A stretch of DNA of 46,050 nucleotides. Origin: Craspedostauros australis. Lineage: Eukaryota. Position 1 is the stretch's first letter. The number at the start of each line of letters is the position of its first letter. This document shows positions 22,947 to 34,542 of the stretch, piece by piece. The position numbers were made by a program, and so were the translations under genes. The notes beneath the pieces were generated by a model, which was not told the origin of the DNA, did not search any database, and was given only the letters and a program-made list of their open reading frames with translations. The DNA lies in NCBI GenBank assembly GCA_030167865.1, contig JALAGF010000953.1:1-46050 (forward strand), read 5' to 3'.

Positions 22947-25900
22947 ATGATTGAAAGATCCATGTCACCGACCAAGTCGAGCCTCGCCAGCGTTGGCGGA
23001 TGTAGCAGCAACATCAGTGCAAGCAACAGCAGGGACATCACAAGGGGGGACTCTCACCACAGCATCTGCATCGACGATGGCTCGCACCAGCTCGAGAACG
23101 ATACGCAGGAGCGGTCGTACCATCAGCAGCAGCAGCAGCAGGACTCACGGCAACCGCACAAGCAATCCCGGTCGCCCACCGGAGGCAACGAATCCATCCG
23201 CGGCTTGGAGATCCAAATCAATCTCAATGACGTACATGATGTCAATACCGAGAACAACAACGATGGCATCAACGATGGCATCAACACGGAGGCCGCGATG
23301 GTCATCAACCGAACGCACTCCAACCGCCGGCGCACGCAGCGTCGGTCGGATTCTGCGGGAGACGATTGCCTCGACATGCCCACGACAGACGCAGCGCCGT
23401 GGCCACCGCGAACCAGCGAGCAATGGCGCGACTTGGCCATGGCGCAGGAGCGAAGGCTCGAGGAGGATCAGGACGAACAGAAGCAGCGCCTGGAGCGGCA
23501 CAACAAGCTGCTGGCGGGCGAGACCATCGCGACGTCACACCATGAGGCCGCGACGAGTGAGACTGATAGCAACGGCGACAAGCGGGAGCGACACAATCAC
23601 AGACCGCGATCCGGCTCCGTCACACCGCAGGCGTCACCGGCGTTGAGCGCAACCGCTGGTTCGCTGTCGCCGATGTCGCCGACGCGATCGAGGAAGGTGG
23701 ATCAGATCACGGAGCTGCTCCTCAATTCGCCCAAGAGCCACGGCAGCGCGTCCGCGACCAACAAGGGTGACAAGGCAGCCACGTCCGTCTCGCACAAGCT
23801 CGGCAAGCAACGCCTGGCCATGTTCGGCGGTGGCAACACGAACAACGTTGCGAACGCGGGTCCCAAGCCTCGCTCACAGCCGCCGCAGTCATCACTATCG
23901 CATCTGCCCTTCATCTCCGAATCGGCGCGCAGCCCAAGTACATCGAGCCGCAAAACGAGCACGGAACAACCGCAAACCGCCAACAGCCATGCCAAGCTCC
24001 CAAACGGATTCCACAAGCGACAGAGCATGAGGAACGTCACCACCAACGCAGATCGGAGCCTGCCGCAGCAGCCCAAGCGCACCAGATCCAACTCCCACAC
24101 CTTTTCGACTTACGCCAACAAGCCCAACAGCACGGTCAACCCGACGTCGTTGGGAAGCAGCGGCGACGGCGTGCGCCCTGCTAGTCAGGCCACGAGGCGC
24201 ACCGAGCCCAACAACAACAACAACAGACAGCGCCGCAATCCCAATCTCCCGTTGCAACAGGTGTGCTTTCGTCATTTCTCCGCATCCAGACTCGATCCAG
24301 GCGCTGATCACCATGCTGCCGAAGCAGACGCGACTGATGCCAATAGTGACAGTGACAGCGACAGCTTCCAGATACTCTCCCATTGCGACGTTTCGTCGCT
24401 GGGGGAAGACCGGTCCTTTGGTGACGCAAGCTCGACCGGTGCCTGCGCGCAGCATCTGCGTATGCATAACGGCAACGACGACCGACGCAACGGCGTCAAT
24501 CACAACAAGAGCAGCAGCCGAAGGAGGAATGGACCGTCGCTGGATCATCATCGTGCGGGAACCAGCAGCAGCTCGAGTCCATTCGACAAGAGCGACAGAT
24601 CCAAACGACACAACCAGGAGGACAAGCATTCGCGCAATCGACAGCACCAGCGCACAAACTATCGTTTCCGATACGAAGGACCGACCGTGCTCACATCGTC
24701 CTCGGATGAAGATGGCGGCCTCATCCTCTCCCCGCTGTCGACCGAATTCTCAAAGGCCAACGCAAAGCACGGCAAGGGCCGCTCGCATGATAACCGATTC
24801 GCGGCCGGCGGCGCGCAAGAGAAGGTGCCACCGGCACCCGTCCAGCGCAAGATGCACGTCGAGGATTACGCGCCGGGACTGCCGGGCCGCACATCGAGTT
24901 CCAGCAATTTGATGCAACCGCAGACCGGTGGTGTGCACAATGTCAGCAGCTCGTCCATCCATTCCAGCACCAGCTCGCAATCCATGTTCCGTCGCCCCGA
25001 TGTTTGGGTCACGCCGATCCAAAACCACCACCAGCAACAACAGAAAAAGCATCGACAAGAGGTGAAGGCCAAGCGCACGCCGCAGACGAAACGCCAAACG
25101 TCGCCATCTCCAAGATCCGGCTTGGAACAGCAGCCTTCGTTGACGAGCCTCAATTCCTACTCCGGGATGAGAACCAAAGGCAGCTTCGCCGAAGAGGGCG
25201 ATGACATTATTGACGACGGCCACGATGACGATGAACGCATCGATAACACGTACGATCGATTCGCCAGCACCACCAGCAGCCGCAGGCGCGCACGCATGCT
25301 GGCAAATCCAAGCAACAACAGCTCAGCCACCGACAGCGCCCGGCACAAGTCCCTGATTGCATCCTCGCAGCACACGGCGCGATCGGGCATTTCCAAAAGC
25401 TCCAAACCGCAACGCTCCGTGGCATCGTCCGCTCTCAACTCCTCGCTGCACACGGCCCTGGATTCGGCCAATGGTCAATACCACGACCCATGCGCATCGC
25501 CACCACAGCTGCCGCAACTACGGCAGCCACCCAAGCGCCGCTGGAGGATCAAGCGCGTTTGGAACGTGGAAGAGCTGGACGATCTGGAGGAGGAATACAC
25601 CGCCGAAAATCCAGAGGAGCTCTACACCAACCTCCGCAATCTGTTCGGTATTCCAGGATTCCCAGGCGCCGAAGATGGTGATGCGAACTGCGATGATTTC
25701 CATCACGCGGATGGTGCTGACCACGGCGGCATGCCAGAATTGGACAACGACGATGATTCCATGTCGACCATAAAGCCATGGAAGGTACTGAAGCTGCTGG
25801 ACATCAACGGCGAATTGATCGACAACCCCAACGAGAAGGAGCGCAAGATGGACGAGAAGGAGCTGATCCATCACCTCAGCCGAATGGCGGTGGAAGACCT

Positions 25901-27941
25901 CCTGTACGTGGATGCGATCAACGACGAGCAAATCAAGCTCGCTCTGTCGGCCGCCCTGTCAGCCGAGATGGGACAGGGTCACCACGGCAGTGCTGGCGGT
26001 GCCATCGATGCTGCTGCTAAGGACGGCCGTGCTCAACGAAATGTCAGCGACAACTTTGGCGGCAAAGGTGACAGAAGAAGGGGCAGAGACAAAAACGGAC
26101 ACAGTGGCGGTCCAGGTAGATCTGGATCTGGCACCAACACGGGCACCCATCCTGCCGTCGGCGCAACTAGTAGTGGTGGTGTAAACATGGACAAGAATCA
26201 GGATGCCACCTCAAGCTATCGCGATCATGGAAATGGAGCAAATTCAACCGCACCGAACGCCATCTACGATAGCGGTGAGGACGCTGGTGACCATGCTCCT
26301 CGCCGAGGCGACAGTATTGAATCACAGGCCACTCCCGGTGGCAAAGCAGCACCAGCAACGTCTGTAGGAATAGGTGCAGCCGTAAAGTACGGTGGCCACG
26401 ACCACGAGGTTCGATGCCAGTCACGAAGCCCCACAGATGTATCGTCCCAGCCTCGAATTCACCGCCACACCAGCGCTCCAAATACGAGCACCTACACGAA
26501 GTACAGAAATCACGACAGATCTGTCGTTTCGGATGCGGACGATTGCTCCTGCGAGACAGACACGCCCGAAGACAAGCCAAAGTCGTTTTCCAGCGTCTCG
26601 CTCCAACTTAGCAACGCGGAAGACAGCGCTGGGCATGACGACATGCAAGGCAGCGGCATGATCGATGATGCAGACGGCGTCTTGAACCGATCGTGGAGAG
26701 TCCGGCAGATGATGACGATGTTCCAAGGGGAGAACAGCACAAGTCACAGCGGCCGAAGTCGAAACAGCAACGTGGTGGGTGCAGGCGGATCGCTCGCCCG
26801 TCCGTCCCAGCAGAAAGGGACGAATCAGCAGCAGATCGATGCCAATCCACCCAAAAGGCCTGGACAAACGCACAGCCACGGCTACAACCACAGCCAACCC
26901 CAGCCTCCGTCCAAGCCAAGTTATCGAAGATCAGGCATACCGGCCATCGGGATGGTTGGAGATGATTCTCGGTTCGGTTCGCCGATCGCCAACAAGCACA
27001 AGAAGCGCGCTTTCCGCCGCCCTGATAACTGGGTCTCGCCAGACGAAAGACCGATCATCGGGAAGCGCAGCTGGAAGTTCAAGAAAGAGCTGAGCAGCAA
27101 GGAAATCAGTGATGACGTTGACTTCGCCTACACCAAATCGTCGAGCAAAAAGGTCGCAGGTTCCGCACGAGCAGAGACCCGCACAAAGTCGAAGGCCCCC
27201 ATCGGTGACCCGCTGGGAAGCCCGAACAAGCACAAGCAACGTGCTTTCCATCGACCTGACAACTGGGTGTCTCCCAATGGCAAGCCGAACATGTACAAGC
27301 GATCATGGGTCGCGAAAAAGATCATCAATGTGGATGGCGAAGATGAAGACAAAGACAACGATCGCAGCGCCGCCGCCGGTGCAGGTGCCAGGGAGAAGAC
27401 GCGAAGCAAGACGTCGATCGAAATGGAGGTTGACAAGATGCACGACTCCAACATATCGCTCACGATGGACTCAATCCGCCGAACGGCAGAGAATGTCGAC
27501 GCTGCGGGCGATCAAAACGGGAGTCGCCATTTCGACTCCCCTATCGCAAGCACTAAGCACAGCCGTGCAGATGACAAATCGCAGGCGCACACCAGCAAGT
27601 ACGGCAAATCGCCTTTCCCGTCAACTCCGGTCGCGTCACCACAGCAGCATCTACGAAAGGCATCAAAGAACTCTGCGTTGACATCGTCGGTTCCTTACCT
27701 CTCGCCGTTGGACGGGTCCTCCGACAGCTTGATCCAGGCTTCCATGCCAAACATGGCCTCCAGTGGTGAGCTGCTCCAAGACTCCGTGGGAGACCTGTCT
27801 ACGCAGACCAACTCCTCCAGCGCGGGTGGCAAGAAGAAGGGCAAGAAATCGAAGAAGATCTTCACGCCTTGCGTGAAGTACGGCAAGGAAGGCATGCCCA
27901 TCCCGAAACCGAAGGTGGCCATCAAGATGTGGTGGGAGTAG
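22947..27941 (+). CDS. Large, mostly intrinsically disordered protein (1664 aa) with repeated FxRPDxWV(S/T)P and basic-Trp motifs; function unknown
   Basis: 5-kb uninterrupted ORF with C/G-ending codon bias and S/N/Q/R/H-rich composition, preceded by a (CAA)n leader. No recognisable folded domain. Confidence 0.85.
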   Translation: MIERSMSPTKSSLASVGGCSSNISASNSRDITRGDSHHSICIDDGSHQLENDTQERSYHQQQQQQDSRQPHKQSRSPTGGNESIRGLEIQINLNDVHDVNTENNNDGINDGINTEAAMVINRTHSNRRRTQRRSDSAGDDCLDMPTTDAAPWPPRTSEQWRDLAMAQERRLEEDQDEQKQRLERHNKLLAGETIATSHHEAATSETDSNGDKRERHNHRPRSGSVTPQASPALSATAGSLSPMSPTRSRKVDQITELLLNSPKSHGSASATNKGDKAATSVSHKLGKQRLAMFGGGNTNNVANAGPKPRSQPPQSSLSHLPFISESARSPSTSSRKTSTEQPQTANSHAKLPNGFHKRQSMRNVTTNADRSLPQQPKRTRSNSHTFSTYANKPNSTVNPTSLGSSGDGVRPASQATRRTEPNNNNNRQRRNPNLPLQQVCFRHFSASRLDPGADHHAAEADATDANSDSDSDSFQILSHCDVSSLGEDRSFGDASSTGACAQHLRMHNGNDDRRNGVNHNKSSSRRRNGPSLDHHRAGTSSSSSPFDKSDRSKRHNQEDKHSRNRQHQRTNYRFRYEGPTVLTSSSDEDGGLILSPLSTEFSKANAKHGKGRSHDNRFAAGGAQEKVPPAPVQRKMHVEDYAPGLPGRTSSSSNLMQPQTGGVHNVSSSSIHSSTSSQSMFRRPDVWVTPIQNHHQQQQKKHRQEVKAKRTPQTKRQTSPSPRSGLEQQPSLTSLNSYSGMRTKGSFAEEGDDIIDDGHDDDERIDNTYDRFASTTSSRRRARMLANPSNNSSATDSARHKSLIASSQHTARSGISKSSKPQRSVASSALNSSLHTALDSANGQYHDPCASPPQLPQLRQPPKRRWRIKRVWNVEELDDLEEEYTAENPEELYTNLRNLFGIPGFPGAEDGDANCDDFHHADGADHGGMPELDNDDDSMSTIKPWKVLKLLDINGELIDNPNEKERKMDEKELIHHLSRMAVEDLLYVDAINDEQIKLALSAALSAEMGQGHHGSAGGAIDAAAKDGRAQRNVSDNFGGKGDRRRGRDKNGHSGGPGRSGSGTNTGTHPAVGATSSGGVNMDKNQDATSSYRDHGNGANSTAPNAIYDSGEDAGDHAPRRGDSIESQATPGGKAAPATSVGIGAAVKYGGHDHEVRCQSRSPTDVSSQPRIHRHTSAPNTSTYTKYRNHDRSVVSDADDCSCETDTPEDKPKSFSSVSLQLSNAEDSAGHDDMQGSGMIDDADGVLNRSWRVRQMMTMFQGENSTSHSGRSRNSNVVGAGGSLARPSQQKGTNQQQIDANPPKRPGQTHSHGYNHSQPQPPSKPSYRRSGIPAIGMVGDDSRFGSPIANKHKKRAFRRPDNWVSPDERPIIGKRSWKFKKELSSKEISDDVDFAYTKSSSKKVAGSARAETRTKSKAPIGDPLGSPNKHKQRAFHRPDNWVSPNGKPNMYKRSWVAKKIINVDGEDEDKDNDRSAAAGAGAREKTRSKTSIEMEVDKMHDSNISLTMDSIRRTAENVDAAGDQNGSRHFDSPIASTKHSRADDKSQAHTSKYGKSPFPSTPVASPQQHLRKASKNSALTSSVPYLSPLDGSSDSLIQASMPNMASSGELLQDSVGDLSTQTNSSSAGGKKKGKKSKKIFTPCVKYGKEGMPIPKPKVAIKMWWE

Positions 27942-29444
27942 ATCAATGTTGCATACTGCCATCATGGCCCATGATATGGTACATACGAGTACGCATACGA
28001 GTGCAGCGGCGCCTCCCTGATCAGGCGAAAATCATCTGGACATCAACTCGATCCGAAACCGTAACCAAGTCCCACCGAAATTCAACCGAGTGGCATTACT
28101 TCAATCAATAGAACACGATACTACCAACACTGCTTGAAAGCAACGGGTGGACCATTGCGCTGGGCATGCATGAGCCCGGCCGCTCCACCTATCTATACCA
28201 TACCAGCACATATCTACCAATATGCATGGCGTGCTTCGGACTACTCCAGAGCACAATACATACGCGTAAATACCATAGCTCTCTCTCTCTCTCTCTCGGA
28301 TATAATATGTATGGCAGTGCCATGCCTTTGGACAATCGACCATATATATGTATTCTGTGGCGCGGCACAGTATCCACGGAGAGTACGGTCCTATACCTAC
28401 TGTACGAGCTGTTATATGTATGGGACATACAATAGATCGTACCACACACTGTTCGAAGCGCATTTCCCCGTGCGGACACGACGGAGGCATCCGCAGCACC
28501 GAAGGATGTTGGAGCTGGGTCACGACGAGGAGGGCATCGCCCCTGGCCAAGGCATCTCTCGTCCTCCAATGCCTTTGAAGAACCAACAAGGAAGGTCCGT
28601 GGAACACTTGTTCATCGCATCCGAGTCTTCTCTGACTTCTTCCTGTTCGACTCTGCCTGACTCCGTTTTGCTCTATTCCAATACTATCGTCGTTATGCTG
28701 GTGTGTGCACTCGTCGGCACCACATGTGTGACCGAGTTGCTGCCACGCCATCACGATGGTGCCGCGCCGCATGCGTGTTGCGCGCCACGGTCGCAGCCGC
28801 CAACACTGCTGACGATGTGTCGCATTCGCTTCAAGGAAGAAAGGCCGCTCGGGCAAAATGACAACGACCGACAGAAGCGGAACGGTTCTGGAAATGCGAG
28901 ATTGTGTCCATTTCGCACAAACATCACAAGAGTCAACTCTGTCGGGCGCATCGCCGAAAGAGTCCGGATATTCCGCCAACATAATTGCTGGGTCATCCGT
29001 GGCAGTGGTTCCTTATGCCACGCCTTACATCACGCTTCGACATACGTCACCGACACTCACAACGTGTCGCACCCAGGCCCGAGTTCTTCCTCAAATATAG
29101 ACTTCGGACTATTCTCTGCTCAAGATCATTCTGTGGAACAGTTCGCTGTCGTCCTATTCCTCCGCAGCTTGCTGTTGTGGCCACCACACAACGTAATTGC
29201 AACGCGCTGATTCACAAAGTCAACAACGAAGCAGCATCAACCACCCCAAAGGAACATCCTCAAGACTGTTCGTCGTCTCTGTCCCTCATCTCCTCACAAA
29301 ATCAAGCCAGGAACATTCCTCAACCAGCAATCATCAATCCACTGATACTCGCAGCAACGACAACAACAAGTACACAGCCATCCGGTTCTCACAAATCGCA
29401 CAACCCAATCCACACCAAGTACAAGCACAATCGCAATCACAACC

Positions 29445-30290
29445 ATGAATATGCAAATGACAAACTCAATCCCAGCCCACCAACTCGCACTGGACGCTCC
29501 CGCATCATCGCTGATGCCGCGCACCGAGCCCCAGCAGCCACGTCCCAAGCGCAAGTACAAGAAGCGTGCCCCACCGAAGAACGCCTTCCCCAGACGTCTC
29601 TACCAGATGCTCATGGATGCGGAGAAGGAAGGCAACGAGCACATCGTCTCGTGGATCCAAAACGGCGCAGCCTTCCAGGTGCATGACCAGGACATGTTCG
29701 CCGCCATCATCCTGCCGCGGTACTTCCGACTCAGCAAGTACAGGAGCTTCCAGCGCCAGCTCAACAACTACAAGATCGAGCGATACACCAGCGGACCACT
29801 GCGCGGCGCCTACCACCACTTCATGCTGCAGAAGGGCAACGAGCAGCTCAGCTCCACGCTGATTCGCGAGATCGTCCCGGAGATCCACGCGGCACAGTGC
29901 GCCATGACGTTGAATGCCATGGGATACGCGCCATCATCAGCGACCGTCCTGCCAGCGCCAACCGCAATTGTTTCCGAATGCGGCATGGCCGAGCAGAGCA
30001 ACGTACCGACTGTGTCCGACGATGACGACTCCTCGCGTTGCACCACGGATGAAGCAACAATCCAAACGCAGATGGCATTCGACGACGGCTGCGACTACTT
30101 CGCCAGCCGACGATTCTACCCCGTCGATGAGGCGGACTCCGGCTTGACGCGCAGCTCACGCAAGCGATCGCACAAATCGAAGATGCTGCCAACAAGCTTC
30201 CTGCATGCGTCTTCGGAGCTCAACTTTGACCTCTTGGACCAATCGACACACGATGATTTGGATGGAATTATCGAACTCCTTCTGGCATGA
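29445..30290 (+). CDS. Heat shock factor (HSF)-type transcription factor, divergent
   Basis: AFPRRLYQML..IVSWIQNGAAFQVHD..ILPRYFRLSKYRSFQRQLNNY, with a basic NLS-like RPKRKYKKR upstream. Confidence 0.9.
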   Translation: MNMQMTNSIPAHQLALDAPASSLMPRTEPQQPRPKRKYKKRAPPKNAFPRRLYQMLMDAEKEGNEHIVSWIQNGAAFQVHDQDMFAAIILPRYFRLSKYRSFQRQLNNYKIERYTSGPLRGAYHHFMLQKGNEQLSSTLIREIVPEIHAAQCAMTLNAMGYAPSSATVLPAPTAIVSECGMAEQSNVPTVSDDDDSSRCTTDEATIQTQMAFDDGCDYFASRRFYPVDEADSGLTRSSRKRSHKSKMLPTSFLHASSELNFDLLDQSTHDDLDGIIELLLA

Positions 30291-31051
30291 TCCGGTCGCC
30301 ACAGGAACCAAAATTCCACCAATTTAGCATCGTTGTCGAACCATAGATAGAGAGAAGAAGAAACAGTAACAGTAACAGTAGCTGTAATAGTCACAACAAC
30401 AGTAACTCATTGCCATAGCCCACAGTACCATACAATAGATGCGGGTGCTCACTGAAACGAAAATCGGAATTCAGACTGAAGTTGGATGTCGGGCTCACAA
30501 GATGGATCGTTGTGATGTGTGGCTCAATCGATCCCGTGTTTGGAAGAAATTTGGTTCTTGGAGAATGATCGGCGAAGTGATGAAGCGGCATTGTTGTGGT
30601 ATGGGCGATGATGATTGGTCGACGCAGAGTCTCCAACACGTCAGAAGTGCGAACCATCGGAGTTGCGGTAATTCAAGACTGTTTTTTTTCGTGTTTTGTG
30701 TTCGAACATTTCATTGAATTGGATTCGTGGAGCGTTATGATACGGTTAACTTGATGGGTTGTGGTGGGAGAACTTGGCGGAACAGAATTGTGTTCGTCAT
30801 CGTGATGTGCGGAAAGAATTGGTTGGGGTGTGTGCGATCGTGGGTGGTCATTGCGGCCATGGTGGCCTGTTGGTGATGGGTGCAACCTACTACTACTTGT
30901 GCGAGAGCGGCAGAGGAGGAGGGGAGGATCGAAGTTGCGAGCATGAGTCATTGACTCCCTCTTGTTCTTGCGGGTGTGCCCACCACTCAATTGTATCTTG
31001 AGTATAATATTCATTACGTGTCGAGTACTCCAGCAGAATCAGTCCAAGACC

Positions 31052-33864
31052 ATGGCGCAGAAGTGGCAGCCTGGGGCGGCAAGCAGCAACACCCAAGATG
31101 GTTCGTTTCTGTCTTTCTTGAAGGGTGGATTCTGCTCCCCCAAGCCTGTTCATGGCGATGGAGGCATCCTTGGACAGCACCAGCATCAACAGTCGGAGAA
31201 ACAGTGGCAGCAACCCCACCCACCATCACAAGCGCAGGAAGGACGGCAAAGGCACAGCGACGACTTGACGGACCCGATGGATACTTCCGGAGTGGAAAAG
31301 GAGCTTGCGGGCGGGTTGAGTGCGATGTCCGTCATGGAGGGCGACAAATCCATCACCAGCGCACACGATGTCGCGGCGCCACACGACAAATCGAAGGAAC
31401 AACAGCCCATGTTCCTCGAGCGATGCTTCGAGAATCTGGATATCGAATTGAGGAAGATCCCTGTGAAGAATCGCAAATGGTATGATCAGGCCGTCTTCCT
31501 GTCCCCGCAGCTGTACAACCATCACTATCAGCTCAAGCACAGTGCTCAGGATCAACAGCAGCAGCGACAACTATCTCAGCATCAAGGCAAACGTTTCGTG
31601 CTCAACTTTTTGCGGTCCACGAACTACGATGCCAAAAAGGCGACGAAGAAGCTGGTCGACTACTTCCAAGCCAAGGTCGATCTCTTCGGGGCGGGATCCA
31701 TCGGGCGTCATATCACGTTGGCCAAAGACTTCACGGAGGACGAGAGACGTCACATGGAGAAGGGGGGTTGTCAGCCATTGCGCAGCAAAGATCGAAACGG
31801 GCGTGTCGTTTGGTTCATCACGCCGATGCTTGACGATTGGGCCAAGGCCAACATCATGGTGAGTGACTGGGTGCGTTTTGTTGTTGCAGAAGCGTCACTT
31901 GCCGAGAGGTCAATCTCCACCGAAAATGCCGGTACTACTTCATGCCGATCAACCACGTGGGCAGTTGCAATCGCGCACACCACGACCTGCTTTGCCTCGT
32001 TTTGCCCCCGGCGAGTCCCTTCTATTGAACATTCCTCCGACTCCAGCTCTCACCCATCCTACCCCAACGCCTGCACTACACTCTGCACACCATTCCAACA
32101 CACGGATCAAAGTTCAAAACGCTCTTCTACGTCACGGAGATGCTGGTGGAAACAGCGGAAGATTTCTCGCTCAACGGTCTCGTCACCGTCTTTCACTTCA
32201 TCGGTCCCGGCCGTCTGTACCCAACATCCTTCGCACAACAGATCATAAAGAACAGCGGCATCTTTCTCTTCCGTGCCATGCCATGCTGGGATGCCGCCAA
32301 CCACGCATGCTTCACCCAACTCGAACTCAAACCGCTTCTCTATGTCATGCCCAAGCTTACCAGTACCTCTGGCGCGGACAGTTTTCAAACCCACTTTGGT
32401 AAGTGCACCTGTAATCAGTATGGCAAGTACGCTCAGGCTTCGAATGACGCGCAGAATGTCGATCATCGTCTTGTTTGTCTCCTCCTTCACGCCTGCGGTA
32501 CGCAAGGCCATCCATGCATTCATTATCATACCAGCACCATACCACACGATCACATGATTCGATCGCTCTCCGCATCCAACCCATTGCATTCCACATTCAA
32601 ATCAACTACTCTACTCTGATAATGCCACTCACTTCACCATGCACTTGCGCGCTCAAACGCAATTGCCAATGCAATGTAATGCAATCGCACACATGGATGT
32701 CATCGTGCAAAAATCACACTTCGTACTCTATGCCATACAGGATCGCACATGGAATGTCTCTACAAACTCAAACAGCTCGGCATCCCCGTCGAGGATTTTC
32801 CCGTTCAAGGCAGCGGACTCGAGGTGCAGAACGCGTACTGGAGTGGTCTCCTCAACGAACGGTTTCACTTGGAACAGAAACGCGAGAAAGAGTGGCTGGA
32901 TGCTGCTTTGGCACAACAGGGGGATGGCGCGGATCCGTCCTCGATCATCGACACGCCGACACAGCAGGATGTCCTCCTCGGCCGTGGCAAGCCCTACCAG
33001 GACTATCCAGGCAATCTATTGCTCGCAGAATTGATCGATTCCTACACCGAACAGCATAAGTCGGCCCGCAGCAATGACGCGAAGCATGAAATCGCCGAGA
33101 CCATCCTTCGTGTGTTTTGCGAGGACGGTGGTCGCTTCTTGAAACGCAGGAGGAACGGTCAGGTCGGTTGGCGCCGGGTCTCCGCGGCTGTGGCTCTGCA
33201 GAAGGTCAAACATGGGTTCCGCTCGAAGAGCAAACGCACTCGCCAGCAGTACGAGAGGCAGCACAAAGAACAGCGGTACCAGAAAGAGAGACGCAACACC
33301 CGTCACCCAACCAGTGACTACTATGACGATGACATGACGAGCACTGCAACTTCAAATACCTACAACGGCATTGGCAGCGTCGATTTAAATGGAAATGACA
33401 GCAACAAGAAGGGAAAGTACGGACTGGAAGCCTCAACAGCGCTGCAGGCACCCAATCTGATAGCCGCACTTTGCGTTGCACGAAATTCACCGCCAAGCTC
33501 CGTCATCGTGCCGTCGCAGGCTGAAATCGCTGACCCACGACAAACCAGAGAAGCAAACGGCAGGGATTCTACAACCATCAAATCGCAGCCACCATCCATG
33601 CCCGACACTGCTCCTCCTGATCAACCCCTGCTGCATGTTCCCGAAACGGAGAGTGCCTCGAATCCATTTTCTCTATCATCGTTGTTTCCCAGAGGCTTCT
33701 TCAAAAGCAGATCCAGGAGGCAGCGGGAACGGCGCCAGGAAGAGAGGAGGCAGCGACGCAGGAAGCAACATGCGAGTGAAGCAACCGACGAGAAGAAAGA
33801 AGCGCCTTCCATGAGTAGGCTGTTCCACTTTGGATCTCTCCACAATAGCCACACGCTGAGATGA
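31052..33864 (+). CDS. CRAL-TRIO/Sec14-like + DUF6824 (DVLLGRG) domain protein, 3 exons
   Basis: Exons 31052-31858, 32113-32398 and 32741-33864 (GT-AG, 2217 nt in frame). FVLNFLRSTNYDAKKA..LFG, KDRNGR and HFGSHMECLYKL..GIP resemble the diatom CRAL-TRIO-like module. DVLLGRGK..PGN..GGRFLK..W..V..KV..FR matches DUF6824. Confidence 0.85.
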
Positions 33865-34542
33865 TTTGGTCTGACTGTGTGACGTTTGTTGAGGGAAAAA
33901 ATGCAAATCGGTGACGTTCGCGAAAGGTTGCTTGGAATCGTGTCTTGCGCCTTCGTCGGTAAACTTGATGTCGCCATCACAGGTGATTACTCATCCGAGC
34001 TGCCCAGACCGACCAATGCCTGGCTTGGTATCGAATTGCTCTTGATTGGGGTGAAGGGTTGGCACGACACCGCCGGCAATGAAGTCCCGGAGCTGATTTC
34101 AACCGAAGCTCACGGTGCAGACAACAGAGGCAAATCTCTCATTTGCCAAGGGTCCAGCGGTCGAAATCGCCACTACCATACAGGGTCCTGCGCTTTTCGC
34201 CCCCAGCAGCGAAAGTCACCGGAGGAATCCGCGAGCAGTCACGGACTTCACTTGTTACGGTGACCATGAACACGCCGATTTTTATCAATAACACCAAAGT
34301 CGTCACAGAATCCACAAACGTCGCCACGATAGGTGATTATGATGCGAACTCCGAACAACACTTCCCATCGCATGCTGCGTCTTAGTTTGGGGAAGCAACT
34401 TCTCTGCCTTGGGACACCATCCTCGGAATCTCACAAAATCGATCGACCGTCAGATTTCAAACCATACCCATCATCGCCCATCATCGCCCAACTTCCAACA
34501 AAGACAACGACGACAACAACGACGATAACAACAACGATAGCA

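Noticed and set aside
28101..29210. Overlapping 293-aa and 358-aa ORFs
   Set aside because: They run through (CT)n and AT-dinucleotide-rich intergenic sequence, have non-ATG starts and show no domain signal.
9690..30290. Segmental duplication pairing each mucin gene with an HSF
   Set aside because: The two HSFs are only distantly similar and the gene order is not colinear. Only the mucin genes and their proximal promoters are duplicated.
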